DNA of 64,000 nt from positions 1 to 64,000 of the IMG/VR virus record IMGVR_UViG_3300029288_000084; one strand, written 5' to 3'. Shown one piece after another: positions 1 to 9,615 of the stretch. This DNA is from a virus. Its lineage: Duplodnaviria > Caudoviricetes. A model generated the notes under the pieces. The model searched no databases, was not told the DNA's origin, and worked only from the letters and a program-made list of their open reading frames with translations. How positions within the stretch are numbered: position 1 is the stretch's first letter; every line of letters starts with the position of its first letter. Position numbers and translations under genes: made by a program.

Positions 1-469
1 CGGCCCAGGCGGCACTGGCGTCGGCCCTGGCGGCGGCACTGGTGGCGGCACTGGCGGCACTGGCGGTGGCACTGGCGGCATCAGACGGTTTCCGTAAATG
101 CTCTTTGGCGGCTTCAATAGCTTTGCGCGGCCTTTTATCGTCTGGATATTCCGTTTCGAAAATGGGCAAAACAAGTTCGGCGGCATATATCGCCAATTTT
201 ACGGACATTGTTTTCGTCCATTTTTTGCGCGATATAATCATCATGTCTGACCATGCCGATTTGTCTCTTTCGATTGCCGATTGTCCCCTGACTTTCACAC
301 GGCATATCCATCTAGGAGAAACAAAACTCATGGCGTCCAGAATCGTAGGCGAGGCGTGGAATCCATTTCGGCACGTGGATATTTCACCATCCATATGGAA
401 CCATTTTTTCATTTTCCATTTGTGGCCGCGTGATTCAAAATTTTCAGGAATTGTTTTCCAAAGTTTCAT
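1..469 (-). CDS. Phage protein with CxxGFHA N-domain, Imm5-like segment and Ala-rich tail (runs off window; not in the ORF track)
   Basis: GAGGAGG RBS then ATG at 469. Translates MKLWKTIPENF...CRNGFHAS...LAIYAAELVLPIFETEYPDDKRPRKAIEAAK...AASATASAASAATSAAARADASAAWA. This explains the GGCACT repeats at 1-80. Confidence 0.75.
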   Translation of the reverse strand, partial: MKLWKTIPENFESRGHKWKMKKWFHMDGEISTCRNGFHASPTILDAMSFVSPRWICRVKVRGQSAIERDKSAWSDMMIISRKKWTKTMSVKLAIYAAELVLPIFETEYPDDKRPRKAIEAAKEHLRKPSDAASATASAASAATSAAARADASAAWA

Positions 470-768
470 CTGTCCTCCTCTCGCAGGGCGGCAATACAGA
501 CCGCCAATGTTTCATTAAACACGCATTGATCTTTTGTGTAGTTATCTCCACCCTCAAGAAATATTACAAGTGATTTTATTTTCTCCACATCCGCCTCCCG
601 CTGGTCGCGGGCGATCCGCTTTAAAATTGGTATCAAATATTCCCAATTCATTTTCCTCATTGGGTCTATTCGGTCTGCCATTTTATCAAAATACATTCCA
701 TCCATTTTAATCATTTTAATCATTTCATCCCTCCTTCCCCACACCTTCGAGCGCGGTGAGTATGTCAT
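466..768 (-). CDS. hypothetical phage protein
   Basis: ORF in the co-directional gene string; true start probably near 723. Confidence 0.5.
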   Translation of the reverse strand: MTYSPRSKVWGRRDEMIKMIKMDGMYFDKMADRIDPMRKMNWEYLIPILKRIARDQREADVEKIKSLVIFLEGGDNYTKDQCVFNETLAVCIAALREEDR

Positions 769-1030
769 TTAATTTTATCAGCCAATCAATGCGGCCAGTA
801 TCGGACTGAATGCGCCTTTTGGGTAATTTCATAATTGCTTTATCGCACTCCCTCACCCCCTCGGCGCGACCGGCGGCGAATACCCCCTTGATTATTTCCG
901 TAGCTTCTGTTATATCAACTGCATTTGTTTTATCGTCAAAGGGTTTTACCAAATCAACAATAGACATTGCCGCTTTTTCATACTCTGCAACTCCCCATTT
1001 TATCGATTGCTGGCGTTCCATATCTACCAT
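725..1030 (-). CDS. hypothetical phage protein
   Basis: AGGAG RBS; abuts the ligase stop. Confidence 0.6.
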   Translation of the reverse strand: MVDMERQQSIKWGVAEYEKAAMSIVDLVKPFDDKTNAVDITEATEIIKGVFAAGRAEGVRECDKAIMKLPKRRIQSDTGRIDWLIKLNDILTALEGVGKEG

Positions 1031-1031
1031 T

Positions 1032-3053
1032 TTATTCTCCTTTCAACATCTCTTGCAATTGATCTTCATTGATAATTTCAATTCCAAGTTCTTTTGCTTT
1101 TTTATTCTTAGATGAACCAGATTCAGTGTCATTGGTTACCAGATATGATAATCCCCTACCAACTGATGTTTTGTAAATTCCACCATTTTCTTGAATCCTT
1201 TTGATATAATCATTTCTTACACCATTGACTAGACTGCCAGTAATACAAAAAGATTTGTTGTTCAATTTTCCGTTATTATTCGGTTTAGTTATTTGAATGA
1301 TGTCAAGAAGTTGCAAAATCAAACCTAAATTAGAATTGATAGAATTTGCAATTCTAATCCGGGTTTCATTTGTGAATAAATCCCACCATTGATTTCTTGC
1401 ATTAAAATTTTTAAAAAAATCCTTTACATTTGACAAGTGCATTGCATTATCATCAGCATTCTTTATTTTATAAACTGAATCTATCCACTTGTATATATAA
1501 TCAGCTAGAATGCCTGCGTTCTTTTTAGCCAAGCCATCGAGACCTAATGCCTCTAGTAATGTAGATAAGGGCATATGAGATCTCTTGTTTAACTCAATAA
1601 TAAAATTACTTGCTATTGATTCACCAACACCATTGAGAGTAAGCAGTTGTTCTTTTGTTAGACAATACAATTCTAGAATTGACATAACCAGTGTACTATT
1701 GTAAAGCTTTTCTAACAATCCAGCTCCAATATTTTCTAAACCTAAAGTTTCACAATAGTGAATTACTTTCTTAAGATTTTTTGTTTTGCAGCAGGGATTG
1801 TAACAAAACAAATAAGCACCATTCATTTTTAATTCTTGTTTACAGGAAGGACATTCTGTTGGGATTTGAATCAATTCACCATTCAAGTCAGACTTTACGA
1901 TTTTAGTAATAGCAGGGATAATATCACCAGCCTTTTTAACAGCTATTTCATCGCCTTTTCTTAAACAAATAACTTCTGATTGTGTATAATCAAAAGACAG
2001 ATGCTTAATATAATCGATATTGTGAAGTGTTGCATATTCAACAATAGAACCATCAATTTCGATAGGAGAAAGTTTTGCAACAGGATTCACTCTTCCTGTT
2101 CTTGAAACTTCCCATTCTACATCGACAAGTTTTGTAGATTTTTCCATTGCCGGGAATTTCAATGCCCAAGCATATTTTGGTCTATCATTTACTGAACCAA
2201 TTCTTTCTTGTTCACTTACTTTATCAACCATGATAACAAGCCCATCGATATTGTAATTAAGTTTTTCACGAAATTCTAAATAATCTTCATAAAAACGAGA
2301 TAAATCTTCTTTAATAAAAACTGTATAAACACCTGTAGGATCCATCAAACCTAGATATCTGAGTTTACAGATTTTATCTATTAGAAAAGGAAATCTTTCA
2401 TCACTACTCAAAATATCATAATATTTTAGAGTTAGCAATCCACACCACATTCCATCATATCCTCTAGAGATTCCCGAAGCTGCATTTCGAGGATTAGAAA
2501 ATTGTTTATCACTTTCTAAAGTGTCATTCAGAGCTTCAAAATCTTTTTTTAACATAATAATTTCAGCTCTCAATGATCCTGTAAATTGAATCGGAAGATA
2601 TTGTTTGACATTTCGCATTTTCAAAACATTTTCTAAAATATCTTCACCAATTCTACCATCACCGCGAGTAATGGCTTTTACCAATTCGCCATTGTAGTAA
2701 ACCAATTCAATAGAAAGACCATCGTATTTTTCTGTTACAATCAATTGTTCGTTAGGAAATTTTTCAAAAATTTCATTGATATCATCAATGAGGATTTTAT
2801 TCAAACTCCCCATAATCATTTCATGTTTGGTTTTTTTCCATTTTCTTTCATAAGAAACTGGAGCACCAACAGTTTTGAGAATGGAATTTTCGGGGTCTAA
2901 TCTTCGAAGAGTATCAACGTAAAAATCAAACTCTTCATCGGAAATAATGCTTTCACCGTTATAATAAGCATTTGAAGCTTCTTGAATTATTTGTACTAAT
3001 TCTTCAATGCTGGGTGTCTCAATATCAACAGTAATAATATTTTCAAGTTTCAT
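1032..3053 (-). CDS. ligA: NAD-dependent DNA ligase
   Basis: AYYNG..ISDEEFD domain Ia, TEKYDGLS (KxDG), TRGDGRIGEDI, NPRNAASG, ALKFP, VSRTGRVNPVA, ATLHN, C4 zinc finger, C-terminal BRCT (FCITGSL..SSKNKKAKELGI). Start moved to MKLEN at 3053. Confidence 0.96.
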   Translation of the reverse strand: MKLENIITVDIETPSIEELVQIIQEASNAYYNGESIISDEEFDFYVDTLRRLDPENSILKTVGAPVSYERKWKKTKHEMIMGSLNKILIDDINEIFEKFPNEQLIVTEKYDGLSIELVYYNGELVKAITRGDGRIGEDILENVLKMRNVKQYLPIQFTGSLRAEIIMLKKDFEALNDTLESDKQFSNPRNAASGISRGYDGMWCGLLTLKYYDILSSDERFPFLIDKICKLRYLGLMDPTGVYTVFIKEDLSRFYEDYLEFREKLNYNIDGLVIMVDKVSEQERIGSVNDRPKYAWALKFPAMEKSTKLVDVEWEVSRTGRVNPVAKLSPIEIDGSIVEYATLHNIDYIKHLSFDYTQSEVICLRKGDEIAVKKAGDIIPAITKIVKSDLNGELIQIPTECPSCKQELKMNGAYLFCYNPCCKTKNLKKVIHYCETLGLENIGAGLLEKLYNSTLVMSILELYCLTKEQLLTLNGVGESIASNFIIELNKRSHMPLSTLLEALGLDGLAKKNAGILADYIYKWIDSVYKIKNADDNAMHLSNVKDFFKNFNARNQWWDLFTNETRIRIANSINSNLGLILQLLDIIQITKPNNNGKLNNKSFCITGSLVNGVRNDYIKRIQENGGIYKTSVGRGLSYLVTNDTESGSSKNKKAKELGIEIINEDQLQEMLKGE

Positions 3054-3267
3054 GTGTAAACCTTTCAACAAGATATTGTTTGAATTTTCTAAATCCAGTT
3101 GCCCACGAATATTCTTTTTCATCGATACTAATACCTAAACCATAAAGCATATCTTGAAAAATAATTTCAGCATCATTTGCACCATGTTTTTTAGGGTCGT
3201 AAGTTTGAACATAATTCAAAAAATGTTGCCAATCAAATTTTTTAACAATATTTCTTTTTTTAGTCAT
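3043..3267 (-). CDS. hypothetical protein
   Basis: AGAGG RBS, co-directional. Confidence 0.55.
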   Translation of the reverse strand: MTKKRNIVKKFDWQHFLNYVQTYDPKKHGANDAEIIFQDMLYGLGISIDEKEYSWATGFRKFKQYLVERFTHET

Positions 3268-3303
3268 TATAAACCTCTCTTAAAAATAAATTATAGTATA
3301 TTT

Positions 3304-3522
3304 TCATTTTTTATTTAGTACAATTTTTTTATTCAAGTATTCAAGAACAGTTATTACCAATGGTTTGTAACCAGTTGAATATCTATGTTTTATAATCATA
3401 TCTTCATGACCTTTTGGTTTTTCTATACGATAAGTTTGAAGATCTCCTTTATCTGTTGAAATATTGTGAATATGAATTTCATCAATTAAACGATCATTGA
3501 CTTGAACTTTTATTATTAACAT
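3304..3522 (-). CDS. hypothetical protein
   Basis: tightly packed ORF. Confidence 0.5.
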   Translation of the reverse strand: MLIIKVQVNDRLIDEIHIHNISTDKGDLQTYRIEKPKGHEDMIIKHRYSTGYKPLVITVLEYLNKKIVLNKK

Positions 3523-3527
3523 ACTAT

Positions 3528-3812
3528 TTAATCTTGCTTGGTAGTATCATCCATATTTTCAAAAATCCCCATAGGACCATTGTATCTATCATTCACAATT
3601 ATTTCTTCTAAGTTAGGTTTTTCTTCTTCCTCAATCATAACCATGTTCCGTTCGCCAGTAGCAGAATTGACAATGATAATATATGGGCATTCTTCAGTTG
3701 GGTGATTCTTATACATCAACCACAAATCCTTTCCAATGAGATGACCCATGTTATACAAATCATGAAGAAATGGATTGCCAGGTCCAAGATTTTCGATTTT
3801 TTTCAATTTCAT
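3528..3812 (-). CDS. hypothetical protein
   Basis: GGAGG RBS, tightly packed. Confidence 0.55.
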   Translation of the reverse strand: MKLKKIENLGPGNPFLHDLYNMGHLIGKDLWLMYKNHPTEECPYIIIVNSATGERNMVMIEEEEKPNLEEIIVNDRYNGPMGIFENMDDTTKQD

Positions 3813-4106
3813 TTAATCCTCCAATTTTGCCTTAATAAACATTTGAACAGTTCCTTGTTGAATTGCCAATTTTAAATCACTGATATAGTAATGCTCAGTA
3901 GCAAATGATGGATAATGAACTGGCTTGAGTGTGATTTTGTAATGTTCTAAAACCTTGTATCTCTTTTCATCAATGACACAAGGCATCATGAATTTTCCAT
4001 CGTTCGTGGTATAACTAATCCCCATAAAACGATGAAGCGGGGAAACAGGAGCCATGAAGAGAATGTTTTCAATGCCATGTTTCAAAATAGTTTCGGTTAA
4101 ATTCAT
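3813..4106 (-). CDS. hypothetical early protein
   Basis: AGGAGG RBS directly after a repeated early promoter. Confidence 0.65.
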   Translation of the reverse strand: MNLTETILKHGIENILFMAPVSPLHRFMGISYTTNDGKFMMPCVIDEKRYKVLEHYKITLKPVHYPSFATEHYYISDLKLAIQQGTVQMFIKAKLED

Positions 4107-4128
4107 TCGTCAACCTCCTAAATTTCCT

Positions 4129-4175
4129 TACAATAATATTATAATATAGATTTGTGGAAAAAACAATAGAAAAAT
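4129..4175 (-). promoter_or_regulatory. early-type sigma70 promoter, repeat copy 1 (TTGTTT-N17-TATAAT-ATTATTGTA)
   Basis: -35 at 4161-4166, -10 at 4138-4143; near-identical ~45 bp copies at 11116, 14311 and 20366. Confidence 0.85.
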
Positions 4176-4621
4176 TAATTTTCTTTTTTTATTTCCTTTT
4201 GCTCCGCTTTTTCAATTTCCATTTTCTTGATTGTTACTTGAATAAAATCAGACAGATGTTGGCTTGTAAGTTTATTTCTCTTTTCATACAGATCCTTCTT
4301 CTTAAATGGAACTACAAACACTGATGGAAGAGAACCATACTCAGTTATTACATTTTTATCAAAAATCTTTACCAATTTCCATTTTTCAAGTAAAAGTGCA
4401 ATAGTATTCATTCGAGCAAAGTCGACCCCTTCCATTACTTTATTTAGGATTTCTTTGTAGTAAGCAATGTAAAATTCACCATAGATTTTTACCACATAAC
4501 AAGACTGATAAAATAGTTTTTTGTCAGGATCTTTAGCTGACTTTTTCAACACACCCATTCTTGAAATTGTCTCCATGCAAACACGAAAAGCATCGTTATC
4601 CATCTTCTCGATCTTAATCAT
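4175..4621 (-). CDS. regA: translational repressor RegA
   Basis: FRVCMETISRMGV..LFYQSCYVV..FYIAYYKE..RMNTIALLLEKWKLVKI matches T4 RegA; syntenic with 45-44-62-regA. Confidence 0.9.
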   Translation of the reverse strand: MIKIEKMDNDAFRVCMETISRMGVLKKSAKDPDKKLFYQSCYVVKIYGEFYIAYYKEILNKVMEGVDFARMNTIALLLEKWKLVKIFDKNVITEYGSLPSVFVVPFKKKDLYEKRNKLTSQHLSDFIQVTIKKMEIEKAEQKEIKKEN

Positions 4622-4635
4622 TTTATATTCTCCTT

Positions 4636-4824
4636 TTAAATTAGCAATTTAAATATCGCAACAATGCCACCAACCATACTTAATGAAAAAAATACAAATG
4701 GTATAACATTTGAATACGGAATATTAGTTCCATATGGATCTTTTGAAAATCTAATATTCATAAATCTTAACCCCATACCAAAAAAGAAAAATAAGATTGA
4801 AAGGCTCAATGCATCATAATTCAT
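4636..4824 (-). CDS. small two-TM membrane protein
   Basis: two hydrophobic segments. Confidence 0.5.
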   Translation of the reverse strand: MNYDALSLSILFFFFGMGLRFMNIRFSKDPYGTNIPYSNVIPFVFFSLSMVGGIVAIFKLLI

Positions 4825-5249
4825 TTTTTCTCTCCCTTTTCAATACCACCTTTATACGTTAAATCTTCTAGTTTAACATCAGCTAAAATGTGTTTTAATA
4901 TGACAATAACCTCCTCTAATTTTTCATTTGAATATTCTGGAAATATAATTTGAGCTTTTTTCATCAACAGTATTTTTTCATCATTCTTTTCCTTTTTCAT
5001 ATTCAAAAATGGTACAAAATCTTTTTTATTAACTGCATAATAGTAAAATTGATAAAGAGCCCATTTACTTAACCTAAAATTATTTACCTCATTAGCTAAC
5101 AAAACATTTGATTTATCATATGAAAATAGTCGATTCATTCCAAGAATATCATAAGAGTTCTCAACTTCTTCTTTAGAGAACATTGGCTCTTTTTTTATGA
5201 TATTTCTGTAATAATCAAAAATAGTTAATGTAGTAGTTTCTTCAGCCAT
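4821..5249 (-). CDS. 62: clamp loader small subunit (gp62-like)
   Basis: IFDYY..I, Y...MNRLFS...LLANEVN...LYQFYYYAV pattern; synteny between gp44 and regA. Confidence 0.75.
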   Translation of the reverse strand: MAEETTTLTIFDYYRNIIKKEPMFSKEEVENSYDILGMNRLFSYDKSNVLLANEVNNFRLSKWALYQFYYYAVNKKDFVPFLNMKKEKNDEKILLMKKAQIIFPEYSNEKLEEVIVILKHILADVKLEDLTYKGGIEKGEKK

Positions 5250-5677
5250 GTTAATATACCAATTTTTTTAAATTTCACTTTATCAGCGATTACATTTAAT
5301 ACACTGTAATAAGCATGATAACACGAAGTATAACCAATCAATTTGCCTTTCCATTTACTATGTAACAACGGACGAACAATATTATAGAATTCCCAATCTT
5401 GATTAAAATCAAACATTTCAAATTCATCTAAATAAATATTTTCATTTATCAATCTTATTCCCTTATGATAATTCAAAAATTTAGTAATCGAATAAATTTG
5501 TTTACATTTCGATTTTCGTTTAAGTAATTGTTGAGCATATCGATCTTCATGTACTACTATTATATCATTTTTCTTTGCTTTTTTTAGTATTGTATTTGTT
5601 TTACCCCATGTTCTAGGGCAATAATACAAAATTACTCTAGGGTGAAAAAATTTCTTTATTCTCTCAAATATTTTCAT
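5225..5677 (-). CDS. small P-loop protein (terminase-ATPase-like N-fragment)
   Basis: CPRTWGKT Walker A-like and IYLDEF Walker B-like motifs. Confidence 0.5.
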   Translation of the reverse strand: MKIFERIKKFFHPRVILYYCPRTWGKTNTILKKAKKNDIIVVHEDRYAQQLLKRKSKCKQIYSITKFLNYHKGIRLINENIYLDEFEMFDFNQDWEFYNIVRPLLHSKWKGKLIGYTSCYHAYYSVLNVIADKVKFKKIGILTWLKKLLH

Positions 5678-5852
5678 TTCTATTTCTTTTTACAAGACGA
5701 AGACCTGATAAATCGCCACATGTTTCTACTGCTGTAGTATGTTCATCACAAAGTAGGACTCTTTCTCCAGTTGCTTTGAGAATAGCAGGATTTGCATCGT
5801 CAATGTTGATTTCCCTTTTGCACAAGTAACAATTGACTTTTACTTCGTCCAT
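5664..5852 (-). CDS. small Cys-containing hypothetical protein
   Basis: CYLC...CDEH; GGAG RBS. Confidence 0.5.
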   Translation of the reverse strand: MDEVKVNCYLCKREINIDDANPAILKATGERVLLCDEHTTAVETCGDLSGLRLVKRNRNENI

Positions 5853-5860
5853 TTTTTCTC

Positions 5861-6820
5861 CTATCGAAATTTACATTGAGTCATGAGAAAAGTCAAGCAA
5901 CTCATTACTGTTAAATCTTTTAAGAAACCTTCTCTACATTGATGTTCATCTAGAATGGTAACAGCTTCTGGAATTGATTCATCAACAAAGATCTTATCAA
6001 GATCTTTGAATATTTGTTGATAAAAAGGGTCTGAATTTGAAGAAATATGATTTGTAACCCATTCTCTACATTTTGTGTAATTCTTTTCCTTCATTACTTT
6101 ATACAGATCTTCAAATTGTTTTTCATCCAGCATATAAAGAAGGCCTTCATTAATCATTCCATCGATATTAGAGAATAATTGAATTTCTCCAATAATTTTC
6201 CTCATATCAGGGAATAGTTTCTTAACAAATTCACTTAAAGCCTTTTTTCCTGCTTCACCATCGATCTTGATATGCTCTCTATCAAGTATGAATAAAAGTC
6301 TTCTGCCAAATTCCTTCATCAGTAATTTTTTCTCTTCGTTGCTCCAATTAAATACAATTGTTTGCATCCTACTGTGCATAGGATCTATTAGTCTGTTAGC
6401 ATTGTTACATGTGAGAAAAAATCTGGCATTTGAAGAAAATATTTCGATAAAACCTCTCAACGCCATTACAGCGTTCGTTGACATGTGATCAATTTCATCG
6501 AAAATGACAACTTTAGGAACATCTGAGTTCAATGAACATGTTGATACAAAATCCTCGACTCTATTCCTCAAAGTGTCAATACCTCTTTCAAAAGAGGCGT
6601 TGATAAACAAGGTGTTTGCTCCAATCTCTTCGGCAAATACTTTAGCAATAGTTGTTTTTCCGCATCCCGCCCCACCTGTTAGAAGAAGATTTGGGATTTC
6701 TTTTTTTGCTAAGAGATTGACAAATATACTTTTTATTCTTTCAGGTAGTATGATATCGTGAATATGTTGAGGTCGATATCGCTCTACCCAAATACTGTTG
6801 TGAACATCCTTTAATTCCAT
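5861..6820 (-). CDS. 44: clamp loader large subunit gp44 (RFC-like AAA+)
   Basis: WVERYRP, GGAGCGKTT, VIFDEID, LRGFIE, HSRM, FPDMRK. Confidence 0.95.
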   Translation of the reverse strand: MELKDVHNSIWVERYRPQHIHDIILPERIKSIFVNLLAKKEIPNLLLTGGAGCGKTTIAKVFAEEIGANTLFINASFERGIDTLRNRVEDFVSTCSLNSDVPKVVIFDEIDHMSTNAVMALRGFIEIFSSNARFFLTCNNANRLIDPMHSRMQTIVFNWSNEEKKLLMKEFGRRLLFILDREHIKIDGEAGKKALSEFVKKLFPDMRKIIGEIQLFSNIDGMINEGLLYMLDEKQFEDLYKVMKEKNYTKCREWVTNHISSNSDPFYQQIFKDLDKIFVDESIPEAVTILDEHQCREGFLKDLTVMSCLTFLMTQCKFR

Positions 6821-7101
6821 TATTTAGTCCTCATTCTCTCTTTAAATCGTTCTTGACTCTTGATATTATCTAATTCATTTGGTGTTAAAACAATGAAATC
6901 AAAACTCCAATCTTCAGCATTTTCCTTTTTAGTCTTTGTTACTGGAAATACATGTTGATTATTCAATCTCTTTAGATAGGATTCTAATTGCAAACAGATA
7001 GATGGAATAATTGTATATTCAATATACTGTTGTTGTGCTGCAGATGGATCTGATTTCAGATCACCCTCACCAAAGATTGTAACACAAGATAGGTGTTCCA
7101 T
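6820..7101 (-). CDS. hypothetical protein
   Basis: translationally coupled between gp45 and gp44. Confidence 0.55.
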   Translation of the reverse strand: MEHLSCVTIFGEGDLKSDPSAAQQQYIEYTIIPSICLQLESYLKRLNNQHVFPVTKTKKENAEDWSFDFIVLTPNELDNIKSQERFKERMRTK

Positions 7102-7832
7102 TATTCTACTGTAGTTGCAATGTAGTAAATAAGACCAATCGATTTACCTTCGGCATCAATTGCTTCAAACTTTGAAATTCGATAATTTTCTTTATATTCG
7201 ATCATCGATACCTTGTAATCAACCCCACTCATCATTTGCCATGCATTTATTTTCCACGTAAATGAGGATAGATTGGAGATATCTGCTGAAGTACAAATAC
7301 CAAGAATCAACTTAAAAAAGTTGGTAGTGTCATTGCCAATATTTTTGACAATTCCAATAGCAATCTTTTCCTTTTTTTCATTTTCCTTGATATCAATTTG
7401 AATGTTTTCCATTGACATCAGTAATGACATTTTCTTCAATTTGTTGACATCTGAATCTTTCAAAACAAATGAAAAAATAGTTTTGCCTTCAATATTTTTC
7501 TTGGATGGCCACTTCCCTAATAGATCGATTGGCGAATAGTGATAACGGATTTGAGATGTCTTCGTTTTAATTACTAGAAATTTTTCATCGTATTCTAGAT
7601 TAAAACCATCACTATCCTTTAATTCCTTCATTACTCCCAACAGAGAATTCAGATCGTAAATACCATGTTCCTTGATCTTTTTCTCTTCTTCTGATAATTC
7701 GAAGAATGAAATGACTGAACCGCTATCATTTGTTGAAGATAAAAACCCTTCATTGCCCTTATTAAAAATGATCTTAGAATTGATGTTTTTGTAATTGTCT
7801 AAGATTTGAAGTGTTATTGGTCGTAGATTCAC
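7101..7832 (-). CDS. 45: sliding clamp gp45
   Basis: TLQILDNYKNINSKI, GIYDLNSLL, IRYHYS, YYIA C-terminus; synteny. Confidence 0.88.
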   Translation of the reverse strand: MNLRPITLQILDNYKNINSKIIFNKGNEGFLSSTNDSGSVISFFELSEEEKKIKEHGIYDLNSLLGVMKELKDSDGFNLEYDEKFLVIKTKTSQIRYHYSPIDLLGKWPSKKNIEGKTIFSFVLKDSDVNKLKKMSLLMSMENIQIDIKENEKKEKIAIGIVKNIGNDTTNFFKLILGICTSADISNLSSFTWKINAWQMMSGVDYKVSMIEYKENYRISKFEAIDAEGKSIGLIYYIATTVE

Positions 7833-7861
7833 GATATACCTCCTAAAAATTTTTATAACTT

Positions 7862-7892
7862 ATTTTAATGTATTTTCTGTTTTAATTTAGTA
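7862..7892 (-). promoter_or_regulatory. TACTAAAT-N17-TAAAAT promoter (class II) upstream of gp45
   Basis: exact 17-bp spacer; one of 11 copies. Confidence 0.8.
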
Positions 7893-7898
7893 AAATAC

Positions 7899-8471
7899 TT
7901 AATCTTCTTCAATCTTTTTTATTTTTTCATCAGTATAACCAATTTTTTTTAAAAATGCTCTAGCTTCTACTTTATTCATGCCGCCTATTACTAGTGCACC
8001 TGCATCACTCATTTTTAATGTGCGAATAGCGATTTTCTTTTGATGTTGTTGAAAAATAGATAAATTTTCAATACTTTCGGGAATAGTTTCATCATTATCT
8101 TGTTTTGGATTGCTTAACCTCTCAATATCTTTCTTCGACATACCAATTAATTCAAGGAAAGATTTAGCTTGTTCTTTTGTCATTTTCTTAGCTAATCTGA
8201 CTGCAACATCGTCCATACTTAGAGTTTTAATAGCTTCAGCCTTTTTATCTTCATTAAGAGATTCTTTTAGCTTTCTATTTTTTAATTCTGCAATACGTTT
8301 CAAAATTTCTTGTTTCCTTTTTCTATCATTTTCTAAATCTATTTTGTCTCTGCCCTCATTACTTACTTTGTTTAAATTAATTGTTTTTAATTCATCTCTT
8401 AAATCTTTAATTTCTTCATCTTCCTCATTATCTTCTTCTAAAACCTTTTCAAATATTTCCTTAACACTCAT
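7899..8471 (-). CDS. putative internal head protein with tandem duplicated domain
   Basis: MSVKEIFE leader; repeated AI(K/R)TL.M.D...M.K..A..FL..IG unit; TATATATA late-like element upstream. Confidence 0.5.
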   Translation of the reverse strand: MSVKEIFEKVLEEDNEEDEEIKDLRDELKTINLNKVSNEGRDKIDLENDRKRKQEILKRIAELKNRKLKESLNEDKKAEAIKTLSMDDVAVRLAKKMTKEQAKSFLELIGMSKKDIERLSNPKQDNDETIPESIENLSIFQQHQKKIAIRTLKMSDAGALVIGGMNKVEARAFLKKIGYTDEKIKKIEED

Positions 8472-8497
8472 TTAATACTCCTGTGAATATATATAAT

Positions 8498-8881
8498 TTA
8501 GATTTTGTCTTTTTTAATATATTTTACAATCTCATCCCACATAGAAATAATTGTGCATATAATAACTAGCAAAGCTATAGAATAAGAAATGTAATGTAAT
8601 GACTTTAAGACTGTTTGAGAAATTATTATATTGAACATAAAAACAACTATTGCAAAAACAGCAGATAAAACACTTAGGAAAATAAAAAATTTAAATGCTT
8701 TGACAAAAAACAAAGTATTGACAAATAGAATATTTACAACAAAATTTTTAATGCTAATCTTGTCACTATGCCAAATGAACTTAAGAAATTTTACAATTTT
8801 TATCTTTGTTATTTTTACTTTACTCTTTAATGTGTCCTTTAATTTCACCTTGACTTTTTTCTCTTCTTTCATGTTGATCAA
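8498..8881 (-). CDS. membrane protein
   Basis: 2-3 hydrophobic helices. Confidence 0.55.
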   Translation of the reverse strand: MINMKEEKKVKVKLKDTLKSKVKITKIKIVKFLKFIWHSDKISIKNFVVNILFVNTLFFVKAFKFFIFLSVLSAVFAIVVFMFNIIISQTVLKSLHYISYSIALLVIICTIISMWDEIVKYIKKDKI

Positions 8882-9011
8882 CTAACTCCTTATCTTGTTG
8901 CTTTATGTACATATTTATAATCTTTAATTCAATATCTTGTTGCATTTCTATCAGCACATTCCTCTGCATTAAAAGTTGAAGTATATCATTATTAACTTTT
9001 AGCATCGACAT
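8820..9011 (-). CDS. hypothetical protein
   Basis: co-directional ORF. Confidence 0.4.
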   Translation of the reverse strand: MSMLKVNNDILQLLMQRNVLIEMQQDIELKIINMYIKQQDKELVDQHERREKSQGEIKGHIKE

Positions 9012-9615
9012 TTGTCTTCAGTAATTCTTTTATATCTTGTTCTTCTGTTTTTTCTGCTTGTTGAATAGTTGTCTTAAGATCGGGGAATATTTGACGAATA
9101 ACGGTTTCATACAATTTTCCAAAATCCTCTAAACCATCACCTCTGCCACGTAAATAATACGAAGGGTGATAATGAGCGGTAACAAAATATTTACCCTTTT
9201 CAATTAAGGTATTCCTAATATTTCCAATATATTGTTTTAGCAAAGATTGACAAGCAGTATCACCAAGGAGAATAAGAAGAATTGGTTTATATTTGTCAAG
9301 CATGTAAGCAACAAATGGTCTGAAATACTCAATTTCCAATAGCGTGGGTCTACGAATTGCACCTGCTGGATTCAGCGGGATTAAAGGCACTGTATTTGTT
9401 ATACCTGAGAGAAATGTTAAACCAAATTCTTTCATCCATAAATTAAGAAGCTGCCCACTTCGACCCATAAAAGGGTATCCTTGTTCATTTTCAGTTTTTC
9501 CAGGTGCCTCACCAATGAACATTATTTTTGGGTGTATTACACCTCTATATAAGACGATGGATTTAAATGGACTGTAAAGTGGGGATTTTTTGATATAGTC
9601 GTCAATGAGTTTCAT
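8992..9615 (-). CDS. udg: uracil-DNA glycosylase, family-4-like
   Basis: IMFIGEAPG..E...G.PFMGRSGQLL, ITN.V, RRPT..EI, LLGDTA, YHPSY.LR. Confidence 0.9.
   Translation of the reverse strand: MKLIDDYIKKSPLYSPFKSIVLYRGVIHPKIMFIGEAPGKTENEQGYPFMGRSGQLLNLWMKEFGLTFLSGITNTVPLIPLNPAGAIRRPTLLEIEYFRPFVAYMLDKYKPILLILLGDTACQSLLKQYIGNIRNTLIEKGKYFVTAHYHPSYYLRGRGDGLEDFGKLYETVIRQIFPDLKTTIQQAEKTEEQDIKELLKTNVDAKS

Noticed and set aside
1-80. GGCACT/GGCGGC short repeats as CRISPR or origin iterons
   Set aside because: They encode the Ala/Ser-rich tail of the minus-strand ORF and have no repeat-spacer structure.
42-518. Plus-strand 158-aa ORF and the other plus-strand ORFs in the track
   Set aside because: They are antisense shadows of well-supported minus-strand genes. 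They lack RBS and motifs, and all recognisable genes and promoters are on the minus strand.
5225-5677. Terminase large subunit
   Set aside because: Only 150 aa with no nuclease domain; kept as a P-loop fragment.
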